NCBI GenBank assembly: GCA_965223325.1
Contig: CBDCWI010000002.1
Coordinates: forward strand, 1,984,001-2,048,000
DNA: 64,000 nucleotides
Direction of reading: 5' to 3'
DNA from: Candidatus Multivoradales bacterium
GTDB taxonomy: Bacteria; Acidobacteriota; Thermoanaerobaculia; Multivoradales; Multivoraceae
Shown here: piece by piece, positions 28,829-38,102 of the stretch
Layout: the number at the start of each line of letters is the position of its first letter
Numbering within the stretch: the stretch's first letter is position 1
Notes under the pieces: model-generated
What the model was told of the DNA's origin: nothing
The model's input: only the letters and a program-made list of their open reading frames with translations
Database searches by the model: none
Program-made: the position numbers and the translations under genes

Positions 28829-30381
28829 TCCACCCCTATTCTCACTATCCCGCACGCGCCCGGCAGCGCACACCGGACGCCATTGCTCTCGTCGATGGCG
28901 CGCGCACAACGACCTTCGCCGAACTCGACCAACGTGCCACGAAGCTTGCCCACGTGCTCATCGACGCGGGGCTCGAGCCCGGAGACCGCGTCGCTGTCGT
29001 CCAGGAGAACAGCACCGCCTACGTCGAAACGGTGATCGCCATCGCACGAGCCGGCGGGGTGCTGGTGCCAATGCTCGGCGCACTGACCGAGCGCGAGCAC
29101 GGCTTCATGGTGAGCGACTCCGATGCGCGCTTCGTGGTCGCGCTCGGCGAGCGCACCGTACGGCGGGCCGAGGCAGTCGCCCAGGGCAGGAGCGTGCTGG
29201 CCTTCGACGGCAGCCGAGCGGAGCGAGATCTCGGTGCACTCCTCGAGAGCGCATCGACCGCGACCGTGACCGTAGATCGACAACCGAGCTCTCTCGCCCA
29301 GATTCTCTACACCTCGGGCACCACTGGCCACCCCAAGGGAGTCACCCATAGCTACGCCAGCGTCTCGGCGGCGATGGGAGCCTGGGCCACTCTCTTTCAT
29401 CTCACCCCCGAGGACCGTCTCCTCGGCCAACTCGCCCTCAGCCACTTCGGCGGTCGCGCGATGGACAGCTGCTGGGTGGCGGGTTCGAGGCTGGTGATTC
29501 TGCCCGAGGCCGACCCTGAGGTCATGCTCGAAACCATCGCGGCCGAACGCATCACCATGATCCTGGTCGTTCCGACCTTGTTGCGCATGCTGCTCGATCA
29601 CCCCGCAGCGGCCGACGCCGATCTATCGAGCCTGCGGGTCGTCCTCTACGCTGCCTCGCCGGCGGCGCCCTCACTGGTCCGTCGAGCGATCGAGCGCCTG
29701 GGAGACGTGCTCTACACCGGCTACGGGCAAACAGAAGCCTACGGCCTCAACACCACGATGTCGCCCGGCGAGCATCGAGAGGCACTCGAAACACAAAACG
29801 CACGGCTGACGTCGGTGGGCCGCGAGTGCGACACCTTCGCGCAGGTGCGCATTCGAGGACAGGACGGCGCCGAGGTGGCGGCAGGTGAGGTCGGAGAGAT
29901 CTGCCTCAGTGCACCATGGGTGACACCCGGCTTCTGGAATCGACCCGACCTCGACGAACTGCGACTGTCCGGCGGCTGGCTACGCACCGGTGACCTCGGA
30001 CGCGTCGGCGAAGAAGGCTACATCTACCTGGCCGATCGCAAAGAAGACATGATCATCACCGGCGGCTACAACGTCTACCCCGCCGAAGTCGAGGCCGTGC
30101 TCTCGGAGCATCCGGCGATCGCCGAGTGTGCCGCCTTCTCTGTGCCGAGCGCGCAGTGGGGCGAGGCCGTTCGTGCCGCCGTCTCGCTGCGACCGGAACA
30201 GACCGCCACGCCCGAGGAGATCCTCGAGTTCGCCAAGGAGCGGCTCGCCCGCTTCAAAGTTCCCAAGGCCATCGAGGTGATGAGCGAACTGCCCAAGACG
30301 CCGGTGGGCAAGATCCTGCGGCGCGCCCTGCGCGAGCCTCATTGGCAGGGCCACGACCGCGAGGTTCATGGAGCCGAGTGA
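28825..30381 (+). CDS. Acyl-CoA synthetase (AMP-binding)
   Basis: YTSGTTGHPKG, YGQTE, GWLRTGDLG, DRKEDMIITGGYNVYP and LPKTPVGKI motifs. Confidence 0.95.
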   Translation: MIHPYSHYPARARQRTPDAIALVDGARTTTFAELDQRATKLAHVLIDAGLEPGDRVAVVQENSTAYVETVIAIARAGGVLVPMLGALTEREHGFMVSDSDARFVVALGERTVRRAEAVAQGRSVLAFDGSRAERDLGALLESASTATVTVDRQPSSLAQILYTSGTTGHPKGVTHSYASVSAAMGAWATLFHLTPEDRLLGQLALSHFGGRAMDSCWVAGSRLVILPEADPEVMLETIAAERITMILVVPTLLRMLLDHPAAADADLSSLRVVLYAASPAAPSLVRRAIERLGDVLYTGYGQTEAYGLNTTMSPGEHREALETQNARLTSVGRECDTFAQVRIRGQDGAEVAAGEVGEICLSAPWVTPGFWNRPDLDELRLSGGWLRTGDLGRVGEEGYIYLADRKEDMIITGGYNVYPAEVEAVLSEHPAIAECAAFSVPSAQWGEAVRAAVSLRPEQTATPEEILEFAKERLARFKVPKAIEVMSELPKTPVGKILRRALREPHWQGHDREVHGAE

Positions 30382-30407
30382 GAGAGGTTGAACATGAGAA
30401 GCCGACC

Positions 30408-31469
30408 ATGAGAGCCATACGCCTCCACGAAGGCAGTGAGATGCGGGTCGAAGACGTTCCAATGCCCGAGGCCGGTGCGGGAGAAGTACTCGTTCAGGTC
30501 CAGGCGGCGGGCGTGTGCGGTACCGACCTCCATGCCGCCCACGGCCACCTGCCGGTAGCGCAGCTTCCGGTCACCATGGGCCACGAGGGAGCCGGCATCA
30601 TCAGCGCGGTCGGCCCAGGTGTCGATTCGGATCTCGAGGGCGCGCGTGTTCTGCTCCTACCCAGCGAAACCTGCGGCCAGTGCGCGGCCTGTCGGGTTGG
30701 CCATCTCGGTCTGTGCGCGAAGGCAAAGATCTTCGGCATGGCGCGCGACGGCACCTTCGCAGAAGCGATCGCCGCTCCGGCCAGTTGCGCCATCCCCTTG
30801 CCCGCATCTGTCCCCTTCGAGCACGGCGCCATTCTCGCCGACGCCGTGGCCACGGCCTGCCACGCTGTCGCCACCCGCGGCGCGATCACGGGAGGCGAGC
30901 GGGTCGCCGTCATCGGTTGCGGCGGCGTCGGCTACCACGCGATTCTGATTGCTCGGCTGCTCGGTGCCGAGAGGATCGTTGCCGTTGACGCGAGCCTTGG
31001 AGCCCTCGATCGAGCGCTCGCCGCCGGAGCCGACGTCGCCATCGACGCGCGAGACGAGGGTGCCTCCAAAGCGATCTTCCAGGCCGCCGGCAGCGGCGGA
31101 CCCCACGTCGTCATCGAGTACGTCGGCCGTGCGTCGACGGTCGAGCTGGCCCTCGGCTGCGTCGCACGTGGTGGCTCGGTCGTGGTCGGCGGTGTCGGCA
31201 TGGACGCCCCGCGCCTGCCCCCGCTGCTCTCCTTCGTCGGCCGCGAAGTCTCGCTTCTCGCGTCCATGGGCTACACGAGAGCTGAGCTCGACCAGGTCGT
31301 GGCCTGGGCCGCCTCGGGCGAGCTCGACCTGTCGAAATCGATCACCGCGCGGTATCCGCTCGAAGACGCACCGCAGGCGATCGACGACCTGGCCCATCGA
31401 CGCGGCGATCCAGTGCGCCTGGCCCTCTTTCCAAAAGAGCAGTTCGCGGAGCTACCCGGCGACCGCTAG
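30408..31469 (+). CDS. Zn-dependent (MDR) alcohol dehydrogenase
   Basis: GVCGTD, GHE, CxxCxxC...C and GCGGVG motifs. ATG at 30408. Confidence 0.92.
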   Translation: MRAIRLHEGSEMRVEDVPMPEAGAGEVLVQVQAAGVCGTDLHAAHGHLPVAQLPVTMGHEGAGIISAVGPGVDSDLEGARVLLLPSETCGQCAACRVGHLGLCAKAKIFGMARDGTFAEAIAAPASCAIPLPASVPFEHGAILADAVATACHAVATRGAITGGERVAVIGCGGVGYHAILIARLLGAERIVAVDASLGALDRALAAGADVAIDARDEGASKAIFQAAGSGGPHVVIEYVGRASTVELALGCVARGGSVVVGGVGMDAPRLPPLLSFVGREVSLLASMGYTRAELDQVVAWAASGELDLSKSITARYPLEDAPQAIDDLAHRRGDPVRLALFPKEQFAELPGDR

Positions 31470-31540
31470 GCGAGCTCGCGAGTCCACCAGCAGCCAAACA
31501 ACTTCAATCGACAACGAGCTACACCCTCAAGGAGACATCC

Positions 31541-32344
31541 ATGGCCGGTTACGAAGACAAGTACAAGCACCTTCTGCTCGAACGGCGAGAACGCGGCATC
31601 ACCATCCTGACGTTCAACCGCCCCGAGAAGAGGAACGCCGTGTCGCAGGAGGTCCACGACGAAATCGAGGACATGTTCCGTGAGATCGGCGAAGACCAGA
31701 CGATCAGCGCACTGGTCATCACCGGTGCCGGTGATGCCTTCTGTGCCGGCGGCGATGCCACCGGCATGACCAGTGGCTCGATGGTCCCGAAAGGCGCAGC
31801 AACCCCGTTTCGCTCGGTGCGCAAGCTACTCCACAGCCTACTCGAGATCGAGCAGCCCGTCATTGCCGCCGTCAACGGCCCCGCCTTTGGCCTGGGCGCC
31901 AATATCGCGCTCTTCAGCGACATCGTCATCGCCGCGGACGACGCACGCATCGCCGACAACCACGTCCGCATGGGCCTCGTCTGCGGTGATGGTGGCGTCA
32001 TCATCTGGCCGCTTCTCATCGGCTTCAACCGCGCCAAGGAGTACCTCTTCACCGGCGAGCCCATTACCGGAAAACAAGGGGCCGAAATGGGACTGGTCAC
32101 CCGGTCGGTACCGCGCGAGAACGTACTGCCAGTGGCACTCGAATGGGCGGAGCGACTCGCAGCGCTCGCACCGAAGGCACTGCGCTGGACGAAGTACTCG
32201 ATGAACCGAATCCTGCAGCAACAGGTCGGACACGCCCTCGACGTCTCGACGTTCCTCGAGGCGGCGACCATGGACAGCGAAGATCTACGCGAGGCGGCGG
32301 CGGCCTTCTACGAGAAACGGGAACCCAGGTTCACTGGTCAGTAG
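31541..32344 (+). CDS. Enoyl-CoA hydratase/hydrolase (crotonase) family protein
   Basis: FNRPEKRNA, FCAGGD, AVNGPAFGLG and HVRMGLVCGDGG motifs, with an AAGGAG RBS. Confidence 0.92.
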   Translation: MAGYEDKYKHLLLERRERGITILTFNRPEKRNAVSQEVHDEIEDMFREIGEDQTISALVITGAGDAFCAGGDATGMTSGSMVPKGAATPFRSVRKLLHSLLEIEQPVIAAVNGPAFGLGANIALFSDIVIAADDARIADNHVRMGLVCGDGGVIIWPLLIGFNRAKEYLFTGEPITGKQGAEMGLVTRSVPRENVLPVALEWAERLAALAPKALRWTKYSMNRILQQQVGHALDVSTFLEAATMDSEDLREAAAAFYEKREPRFTGQ

Positions 32345-32627
32345 GCTCACAGAACAAACGGAACTGCGAATTGCGCTTAACGGGTCGCGGACACTAGAAA
32401 CAGAGACGCTCCCACCTTGGACGAGGCCCGAAGGCTCCTCGGTACCCCAGGAAACCGGGCGGGCCGCTCGAGGCGGCGAGCGCAGTGCGATGTGAGGGGC
32501 GCTCGTGACGGGACGGCGGTGTGGCCCCGGTCGGTGTGCTCGACTGAGACCGAGAGGGCACGCGGTGCGCCGCGCACCGCGGGATCGGCCACAACGCTCC
32601 GCTCTTCCGCACCCCGAGCAGGCTCGC

Positions 32628-32673
32628 GGGGAGGCCCCCTGGGGGACCGGACGGGACGACCGGGCGACGGTAC
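32628..32673. repeat. ~45-bp GC-rich repeat, copy 1 (copy 2 at 37269-37312)
   Basis: GGCCCCCTGGGGGACCGGACGGGACGACCGGGCGACGGTAC vs GGCCCCTGGGGGGCCTGACGGGACGACCGGGCGACGGTAC. Confidence 0.8.
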
Positions 32674-33590
32674 CCGCAGCTCACCCGTTTCCTCGCTGCG
32701 CGACCAGACCCAATCACCGATCTCGATTTCCCCGATCGGTTTCATCCCGGTCTCCGTCCACACCGGAGTGCCTGCGACGAAGCACTTCTGAGGCGTCGCG
32801 GTACGACCCACTGCCTGTGGAGTTGCTGTCCGTGGCTTCGGCGAGGTTGTGCTCTGTTGAGCACTCCGTCTTGCACGGTTGGAGGCGTTCAAGGCGGCTA
32901 CTGCTTCGTCAGCTCGCTTGGCTGCCTGCTCGCCCACTTCGGCCACGCTCTTCGCAGTGGCTCGGCCTGTGCTCCTGGCCGTACTCCGCCCTGCGCTACC
33001 CGCGTTCAGGCTCTGGGCTACGAAGGACGTGAGCTTCGTCTGCGACGCCGCATCGCCCCTCGCCGCACCGACTACGACCTCCCCGGCGCCTTTCGCCAGC
33101 TGGGTCGCCACCTCTTCTGGGTTCTCCGAGATGACGTCCCACGTGTCGGACAAAGCGCCCATCGTCTCGACGAGGCGCTCCTCCGCCTCCCTGCCCATCG
33201 TCGTGTCGGGAGACAGGCTCGCAACCATTCCGTCGGCCACGAAGCTCGTCGCATCAACACCGAAAGCGAGAACGTCGGCACCGGCACCGAAGACTCCCAG
33301 CGCCACGGCCGCTCCACCCTTCAGACGACGCGTCACGAAGTTGTCACCGAAAGCGTGATCGATTTCCTCGGCGAGGTCGCCGGATGCCTCAGCGGCCTCG
33401 TCCGTCCCTCCCCGCCTGAGGAAACCCGAGAAGCGCTCGAGAATGTCGATCCTCCCATCAGGATCGATCCACACCGTCGGGTTGACCTTGCCGAAGGTGT
33501 ACCAGTGCAGCGAAGGTGGATCGGACAGGTCGCCAAAGACCGGATCTTCGGTGAGGAACCTCCCCACTTGTGGGTCATAGAAGCGGGCTT
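32674..33590 (-). pseudogene. Orphan Rhs tip cassette 4: core end, pre-toxin helices and a truncated Hint domain; toxin and immunity absent
   Basis: ARFYDP...NPTVWIDPDGR, then CFVAGTPVWTETGMKPIGEIEIGDWVWSRSEETGE, broken at ~32674. The frame runs on in non-protein-like sequence to 32377. Confidence 0.85.
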
Positions 33591-33757
33591 CTAATGTCCC
33601 TACCGCGATCTAGCCCTAGACCGCTGATTCCCTGAGAGTTACCTCGATCTCGGCGTTGCTATGCCCCCACCGCGAGGTTTCAGGACCGCGCAGCCGCCAC
33701 ACGCCGTCGGAACGTCCCCCCGACCGTGCGCGGCAACGCCGCGCGATCTGGCGACTT
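33591..33757. repeat. Inter-cassette spacer copy A (156-bp module plus terminal CTGGCGACT; middle deleted)
   Basis: Aligns by eye with 35190-35345, 39409-39562 and 41500-41655. Confidence 0.9.
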
Positions 33758-33843
33758 CAGTCCGCTCTTGCCGGTAACCAGCGACTGGTTGTGCCGTTGG
33801 ACCGACCCAGTCGACACTCGAAAGACTCTGCCATCGCTCGTCG

Positions 33844-34083
33844 CTAGCTAGTTCCATCGTCTCCATGAAGCGCGGCTATCGCCCGTTCTAGGGCCACCGA
33901 GAAGTCCGTAGCTACAAGTTCAAGGTTGGCGGATCCAGCAAAGAGAGTGAGACGGACTTCTCCATCGGTGGCAGCCAAATCAGCAATGATCTCTCCATCG
34001 GCCAGGACCTCGTAGTAGTCAACATCTTCTTGGACGGAATAGACGTGCTGGACCTTGAGGGTTTCGATATGCCGAGTCTTCAT
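33844..34083 (-). CDS. Putative immunity protein of cassette 3
   Basis: 79-aa acidic ORF 17 nt after the toxin stop, with a GAGGT RBS. Confidence 0.7.
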   Translation of the reverse strand: MKTRHIETLKVQHVYSVQEDVDYYEVLADGEIIADLAATDGEVRLTLFAGSANLELVATDFSVALERAIAALHGDDGTS

Positions 34084-34100
34084 TACTTGATCTACCTCAG

Positions 34101-35189
34101 CTATCGCAAGGGGTCTATGAAGCCGATGAACTCGCCATCAGCGGTAAAACGCGCGCCGTGACCACTGGAAACGCGGAACTCAAGCGTGAGACCACTGCGG
34201 GGCAAGACTGGGGTCGTCACTACCCCTTCGTCAAGAATCTTGACAAGCGCACGTTCAGCCATGTCGTTGAGAGCAGCTTGTGACCCAGTCGCAACTTCAC
34301 CGAGGACCGTCTCGGCCACCTCAGGGTGCTTAGTGAGAGCCCGGCCCGCTTGGGTCAAGCTACCACCCTTGAACGGAGTCGAAGCGACCGCAACCAGCTC
34401 CTCAGCCTCGAACTGACGGCCGCCAACAGTCAGCGGGTTTCGAGCACCGCGACCAACTCCCGCTTTCCCTAGATCGACGGCTTCGTCAGCCAAACGGAGC
34501 GCACCGAATCCGAGCGCCGCTTCAGCGAAGAACAACTCGGGAGCTACGACTCCCACACTGAAAACGACAAGCTTCGGTGATCTCGGCTACGTACCCGATC
34601 CCCTCAAACCCCTTGTGGAACTGGCACAGGTTGTTGCAGTTCGCCTCAGGCCCAAGGATCGACGACACAATCCTCACGTCTCGACCTCTGCCGGGAACCC
34701 CCTTCTCGTGAGTCAGGTACAGACGAAGCGAAGTCTGGAAGATGTAGTGCTGGTTCTCCCACGTCTGCCCAGGATCACGTTGGTCTTCGAGCCAAATGAA
34801 GATCTCGGTGAGAAACTCCTCACCATCAGCCACCCGCTTCTCCAGCCGCTGCACCTCATGCCGCAGTCGGTTGACCTCGCCAGTCGGATCAGGTCCCGTG
34901 AGCCCAGGGCCTACCTCACCATCTCGGTCTTTGAACCGTTCTTTCCGCTCTTCGAACCTGGCAAGGCGCTGCTCAGCATCAGCAAGCGCGTCACGGCTCG
35001 TCTGCAGTGACTGGCGGTCTGCAGCGTGCTCCTCCAACGTCACGTCGAATCGCCCGTCGGGATCGACGAACACTGTCGGGTTCACCTTCCCGTAGGTGTA
35101 CCAATGGAGCGAGGGCGGATCGGAGAGGTCTCCGAAGACGGGGTCTTCGGTGAGGAAGCGCCCCACTTGTGGGTCATAGAAGCGGGCTT
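34101..35189 (-). pseudogene. Orphan Rhs tip cassette 3 (frameshifted), putative nuclease toxin
   Basis: Rhs core end in ORF 34522-35166. Toxin-like AGRALTKH...GARFTADGEFIGFIDP is in another frame (34101-34556), with the shift near 34575. Confidence 0.8.
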
Positions 35190-35345
35190 CTGATGTCCCT
35201 ACCGCGATCTCACCCTAAACTACTGATTCCAAACGGGTTATCCAGATCCAGGAGTTGCTATGCCCCTACCGTGCACTTTCAGGATCACCAGGCCGCCGAA
35301 CCCCTCGGGAAAGTCCCCCCGACCGTGCGCGGCAACGACGCGCGA
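35190..35345. repeat. Inter-cassette spacer copy B (156-bp module)
   Basis: CTGATGTCCCTACCG...TAAACTACTGATT...CTATGCCCCTACCG...GACGCGCGA. Confidence 0.92.
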
Positions 35346-35463
35346 TGTTCGGCCATCGGAGGTTTGTGATGTCTCTGAGGTGATCGAATCTTCGTCGCGG
35401 TCGCTCTCGATTGTTTGATCTCGTAGCGTTGGTGAGCGCGCGCGCGCTGACCCGGTTGGCGAT

Positions 35464-36507
35464 TCAGCCGAGCGAGTCGTCGAGCACTTCGAGCGCGCGG
35501 TCGCAACCGTCGCCCTCGAGAGCAGAACGCGCCCGAGCCGCGCCCCGACGAACGTGCCCTGCGGCGCCGGTTGGCAGCGCGCGAGCTACAGAGACCAGAT
35601 CGTCGGGCGCGTATTCGGCCAGCACCGCGACGAGCACCGTCGCCTGCCAGAGATCCTTGGCACTCTTGTCACTACCCGAGTCCCTCAGTTCAGCAACCAG
35701 CATCTTGTGCCAGGCGAATCGTTCCGGCCGCGGAACGCGGACAGGAGCGATGCATTCGCGCGCGATCACCACCGCCTCCTTGGAGTCTTCGAGCAGGTAG
35801 CCGAGGTACGGAATTGCAGTGGCGTGCGCTCTCAGTTCCCGTACCTCACGAGTCTCGATCTCACGGCCTCGCCCCGGAACCAGGAGGTCGACGCGGAGCC
35901 GATCTGGGCCGGGCGGTTTGAATGAGGTGGGCTGGCCACCGCGTGCGAGCGATGGCACCGGATGGAAGGGCACAGTGGAGTCCCTGAGGATGCTGAGAAA
36001 GTCGGCCCCGTCGGGCAGCCCGACCTCGAGTGGCCGGCGCCGCGCGATGTCGACGTCTTCGGTTTGGTAGGGGGCGCTGGCGACACCGAGATCGTTGATG
36101 AGGGCACCAAAGGCGTGTGAGCCCACCAAAAGAGCACCCGCTCGGAAGAGACCCGCATTGACCAGAGCAGCGAGAACCGAGCCCGTTCGGATGTCCGCCC
36201 GCGCGTACCCCTGCTCGGCCAGCAACCGGCCCTCTCGCACGAGCTGCTTCTGGATCTCGATCTGCGAACGGATGGAGTCGGCCTTGCGCTCGGCCTCGGC
36301 GTCTCCAGCGCTACCGAGGTAATCGGCAGCCTTTTTCCCCCGCGCGTCGTAGAACTGCCGATAGAGGTACTCCCGGCCCTTGACGATCCGGCTCCCCACG
36401 GTGCCGGGTGTTCCTGCCAACAGGTTCGTTTGTTCGAACGCCCGGCGCTTGAGATCCGAGTAGGCGGTCTGGAAGACCATGGGATGCGCACTGTAGAAAG
36501 TCGTCAT
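35464..36507 (-). CDS. GSU2403-family nucleotidyltransferase-fold protein
   Basis: N-terminal GREYLYRQ...YLG, then GLFRAGALLVGSHAF, TEDVDIA, VDLLVP and VPRPERFAWHKML. GGAGG RBS. Confidence 0.82.
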   Translation of the reverse strand: MTTFYSAHPMVFQTAYSDLKRRAFEQTNLLAGTPGTVGSRIVKGREYLYRQFYDARGKKAADYLGSAGDAEAERKADSIRSQIEIQKQLVREGRLLAEQGYARADIRTGSVLAALVNAGLFRAGALLVGSHAFGALINDLGVASAPYQTEDVDIARRRPLEVGLPDGADFLSILRDSTVPFHPVPSLARGGQPTSFKPPGPDRLRVDLLVPGRGREIETREVRELRAHATAIPYLGYLLEDSKEAVVIARECIAPVRVPRPERFAWHKMLVAELRDSGSDKSAKDLWQATVLVAVLAEYAPDDLVSVARALPTGAAGHVRRGAARARSALEGDGCDRALEVLDDSLG

Positions 36508-36520
36508 GGCGTCCTCCCGG

Positions 36521-36601
36521 GGTTGTTCTCTACGGATGATTGCTAGAGAACAGCCGGCGGAACAAGGTGTTGTTCTCTAGTCTAGCAAACTAGATAACAA
36601 C
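36521..36601. promoter_or_regulatory. Two tandem inverted-repeat operators upstream of the nucleotidyltransferase gene
   Basis: GGTTGTTCTCTA-N11-TAGAGAACAGCC (36521-36555) and GTTGTTCTCTA-N11-TAGATAACAAC (36569-36601). Confidence 0.75.
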
Positions 36602-36701
36602 CAGCCAGTGACTAGGCCGGTGTTGGCCTACTGGACGGTCGAGTTCCGCGCCGCGCGAGCAGCTAAGAGGAGAAAGACCACGTCACCTGCGGCCTCTCGA
36701 T

Positions 36702-36994
36702 CTAGGTCGTCAGCGGGATTCGGCTCAGGTCGCGGCTCCCGCGGACGACCGCGACGATCTCGAGACGCTCCGACCGGGGTAGACGATCCGGTAGCTGTCG
36801 ACGAGGACCTCGCGCAGGCCGAGACCAGGCTTCTCGGGCACTTCACGCCCCGACTGGGGAAAGTCACTCAATCGCTCGGGAGCAGCGAGCAGACGAGCCA
36901 CGAAGCGGCTCGCCCGGTCGACAGAGTCTTCAGAAATGTAGTCGTGAATCGCTTCGAGGTGCCGCACCGAGCGCAGCGACCAGACGACCTTCAT
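36702..36994 (-). pseudogene. RelE/ParE toxin, frameshifted near the C-terminus
   Basis: MKVVWS...IHDYI...FPQSGREVPE...LREV...YRIVY. The expected tail ERLEIVAVVRGSRDL is in another frame, ending at TAG 36702. Confidence 0.8.
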
Positions 36995-37179
36995 CGAGAC
37001 AGCAGGTGCTGCTCTGCCTCGGCCTGGGTCATCACACGCCCTTCGTCCAGGTCGCGCAGCCCCGCTTCGATCTCCTGGCGCACGTAGATCTCGTAGAGCA
37101 GATCCTTCCAGGTGGCGTCGTCGGGAAGCTGGTCGACCAGCTCTCGGGCTTGTTCCTTGATCGTCGTCATCGTGCTCAT
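36991..37179 (-). CDS. Putative antitoxin of the RelE/ParE pair
   Basis: IKEQARELVDQLPDDATWKDLLYEIYVRQEIEAGLRDLDEGRV. Stop overlaps the toxin start. Confidence 0.85.
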   Translation of the reverse strand: MSTMTTIKEQARELVDQLPDDATWKDLLYEIYVRQEIEAGLRDLDEGRVMTQAEAEQHLLSR

Positions 37180-37268
37180 TCTATCGTCCCTCCCGAAGGC
37201 TCAGCCGCCGGGCTCCCCGTCCTTGAGCTCGTGACCGAACTACACGGTACACGGCGCCTACGCACGCC

Positions 37269-37312
37269 GGGGGGCCCCTGGGGGGCCTGACGGGACGACC
37301 GGGCGACGGTAC
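37269..37312. repeat. ~45-bp GC-rich repeat, copy 2
   Basis: Matches 32628-32673. Confidence 0.8.
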
Positions 37313-37410
37313 GGACCAGGCACGCGAGATGATCTCGGCACAAAGGCCCGGGCCGGGGCGCCGGTTGTGACGGCAAGACCCGTTAGAGGCTCAGGATTCC
37401 GCCCGCTCCA

Positions 37411-37438
37411 GGTTGTACATAACTCCGTTATGTCAAGC
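37411..37438. other. dif-like (XerC/XerD-like) palindrome with a 5-bp centre
   Basis: GGTTGTACATAA-CTCCG-TTATGTCAAGC. It resembles the ...CATAA-N6-TTATGT(T/C)AA dif pattern but the centre is 1 bp short. Confidence 0.4.
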
Positions 37439-37453
37439 CCCGAAGGGGCCGAG

Positions 37454-37825
37454 CCGCGGCGTACGAGGGCCAGAGTCGGGGAACGCCGCGTTCCCGGACA
37501 GGCGGATCTGCAAGCGGCGTGACAGAAGGGAGGTCCGAGGAGGGGCCCAATGGCGCGACGCTTGCCCCGCCAGTCTGGCCCGATCCCGGAGGGCGGACGA
37601 CGCGGCGATGCCTGGAACGGGCGGAATCCGGATCGAAGCCTTCTTCCTTAGTGGCTACCAAAAGCCCCGGGCCGGGACGCGATTCGGGTGGCTGCGACGA
37701 TTCGATGGCTCGGCGAGCCCGGGCGGGTGGGCCGGGGGGACTTCCGTTCCGAGAAAGACTGCAGGACGCAGGGCGACGCGCTCCGGCGTCAGCCGGAGTG
37801 CGGCGTCCCGAAGGCCTGGCGACCT
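37454..37825. repeat. Inter-cassette spacer copy E (right-hand ~370 bp)
   Basis: Highly similar to 41657-42025. Together with copy B it reconstitutes one full spacer. Confidence 0.92.
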
Positions 37826-38102
37826 ACTGGCTGTCGTCCGCACCATCGAGCTCCTTGACAACAGAATCTCGGAGGCTCTCGACAAGGGTCAGCCAATCCC
37901 TCAGCTCCGAGGGTCCGGACGTGTCCACAAGGCCCCGGTGCGAGGTAGCGTGATCGAGTAGCGCCTCCAGGGCACATCGCCTCTTGCCTTGGTTGCCGAG
38001 GACATCTTCAGCTAAGCGCTCAATACTCTCCGCATAAGCACAGTGGCCCCCCGCGCGAAGTTCCTCGACTACACTCTGCAGCACATTCTCAAGGTGGCTC
38101 AA
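37824..38102 (-). CDS. Putative immunity protein of cassette 2
   Basis: 92-aa helical ORF. Its TTG start overlaps the toxin stop, with GGAG upstream. Confidence 0.7.
   Translation of the reverse strand: MSHLENVLQSVVEELRAGGHCAYAESIERLAEDVLGNQGKRRCALEALLDHATSHRGLVDTSGPSELRDWLTLVESLRDSVVKELDGADDSQ

Noticed and set aside
32674-32784. Mobile intein
   Set aside because: It is a pre-toxin Hint fragment typical of polymorphic toxins, with no endonuclease or C-terminal splice motif.
37413-37961. ORFs in the spacers (37413-37961, 39478-39996, 41503-41901 and others)
   Set aside because: Frames are not preserved between copies because of indels, and the translations are low-complexity Arg/Gly/Pro. 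Treated as non-coding.
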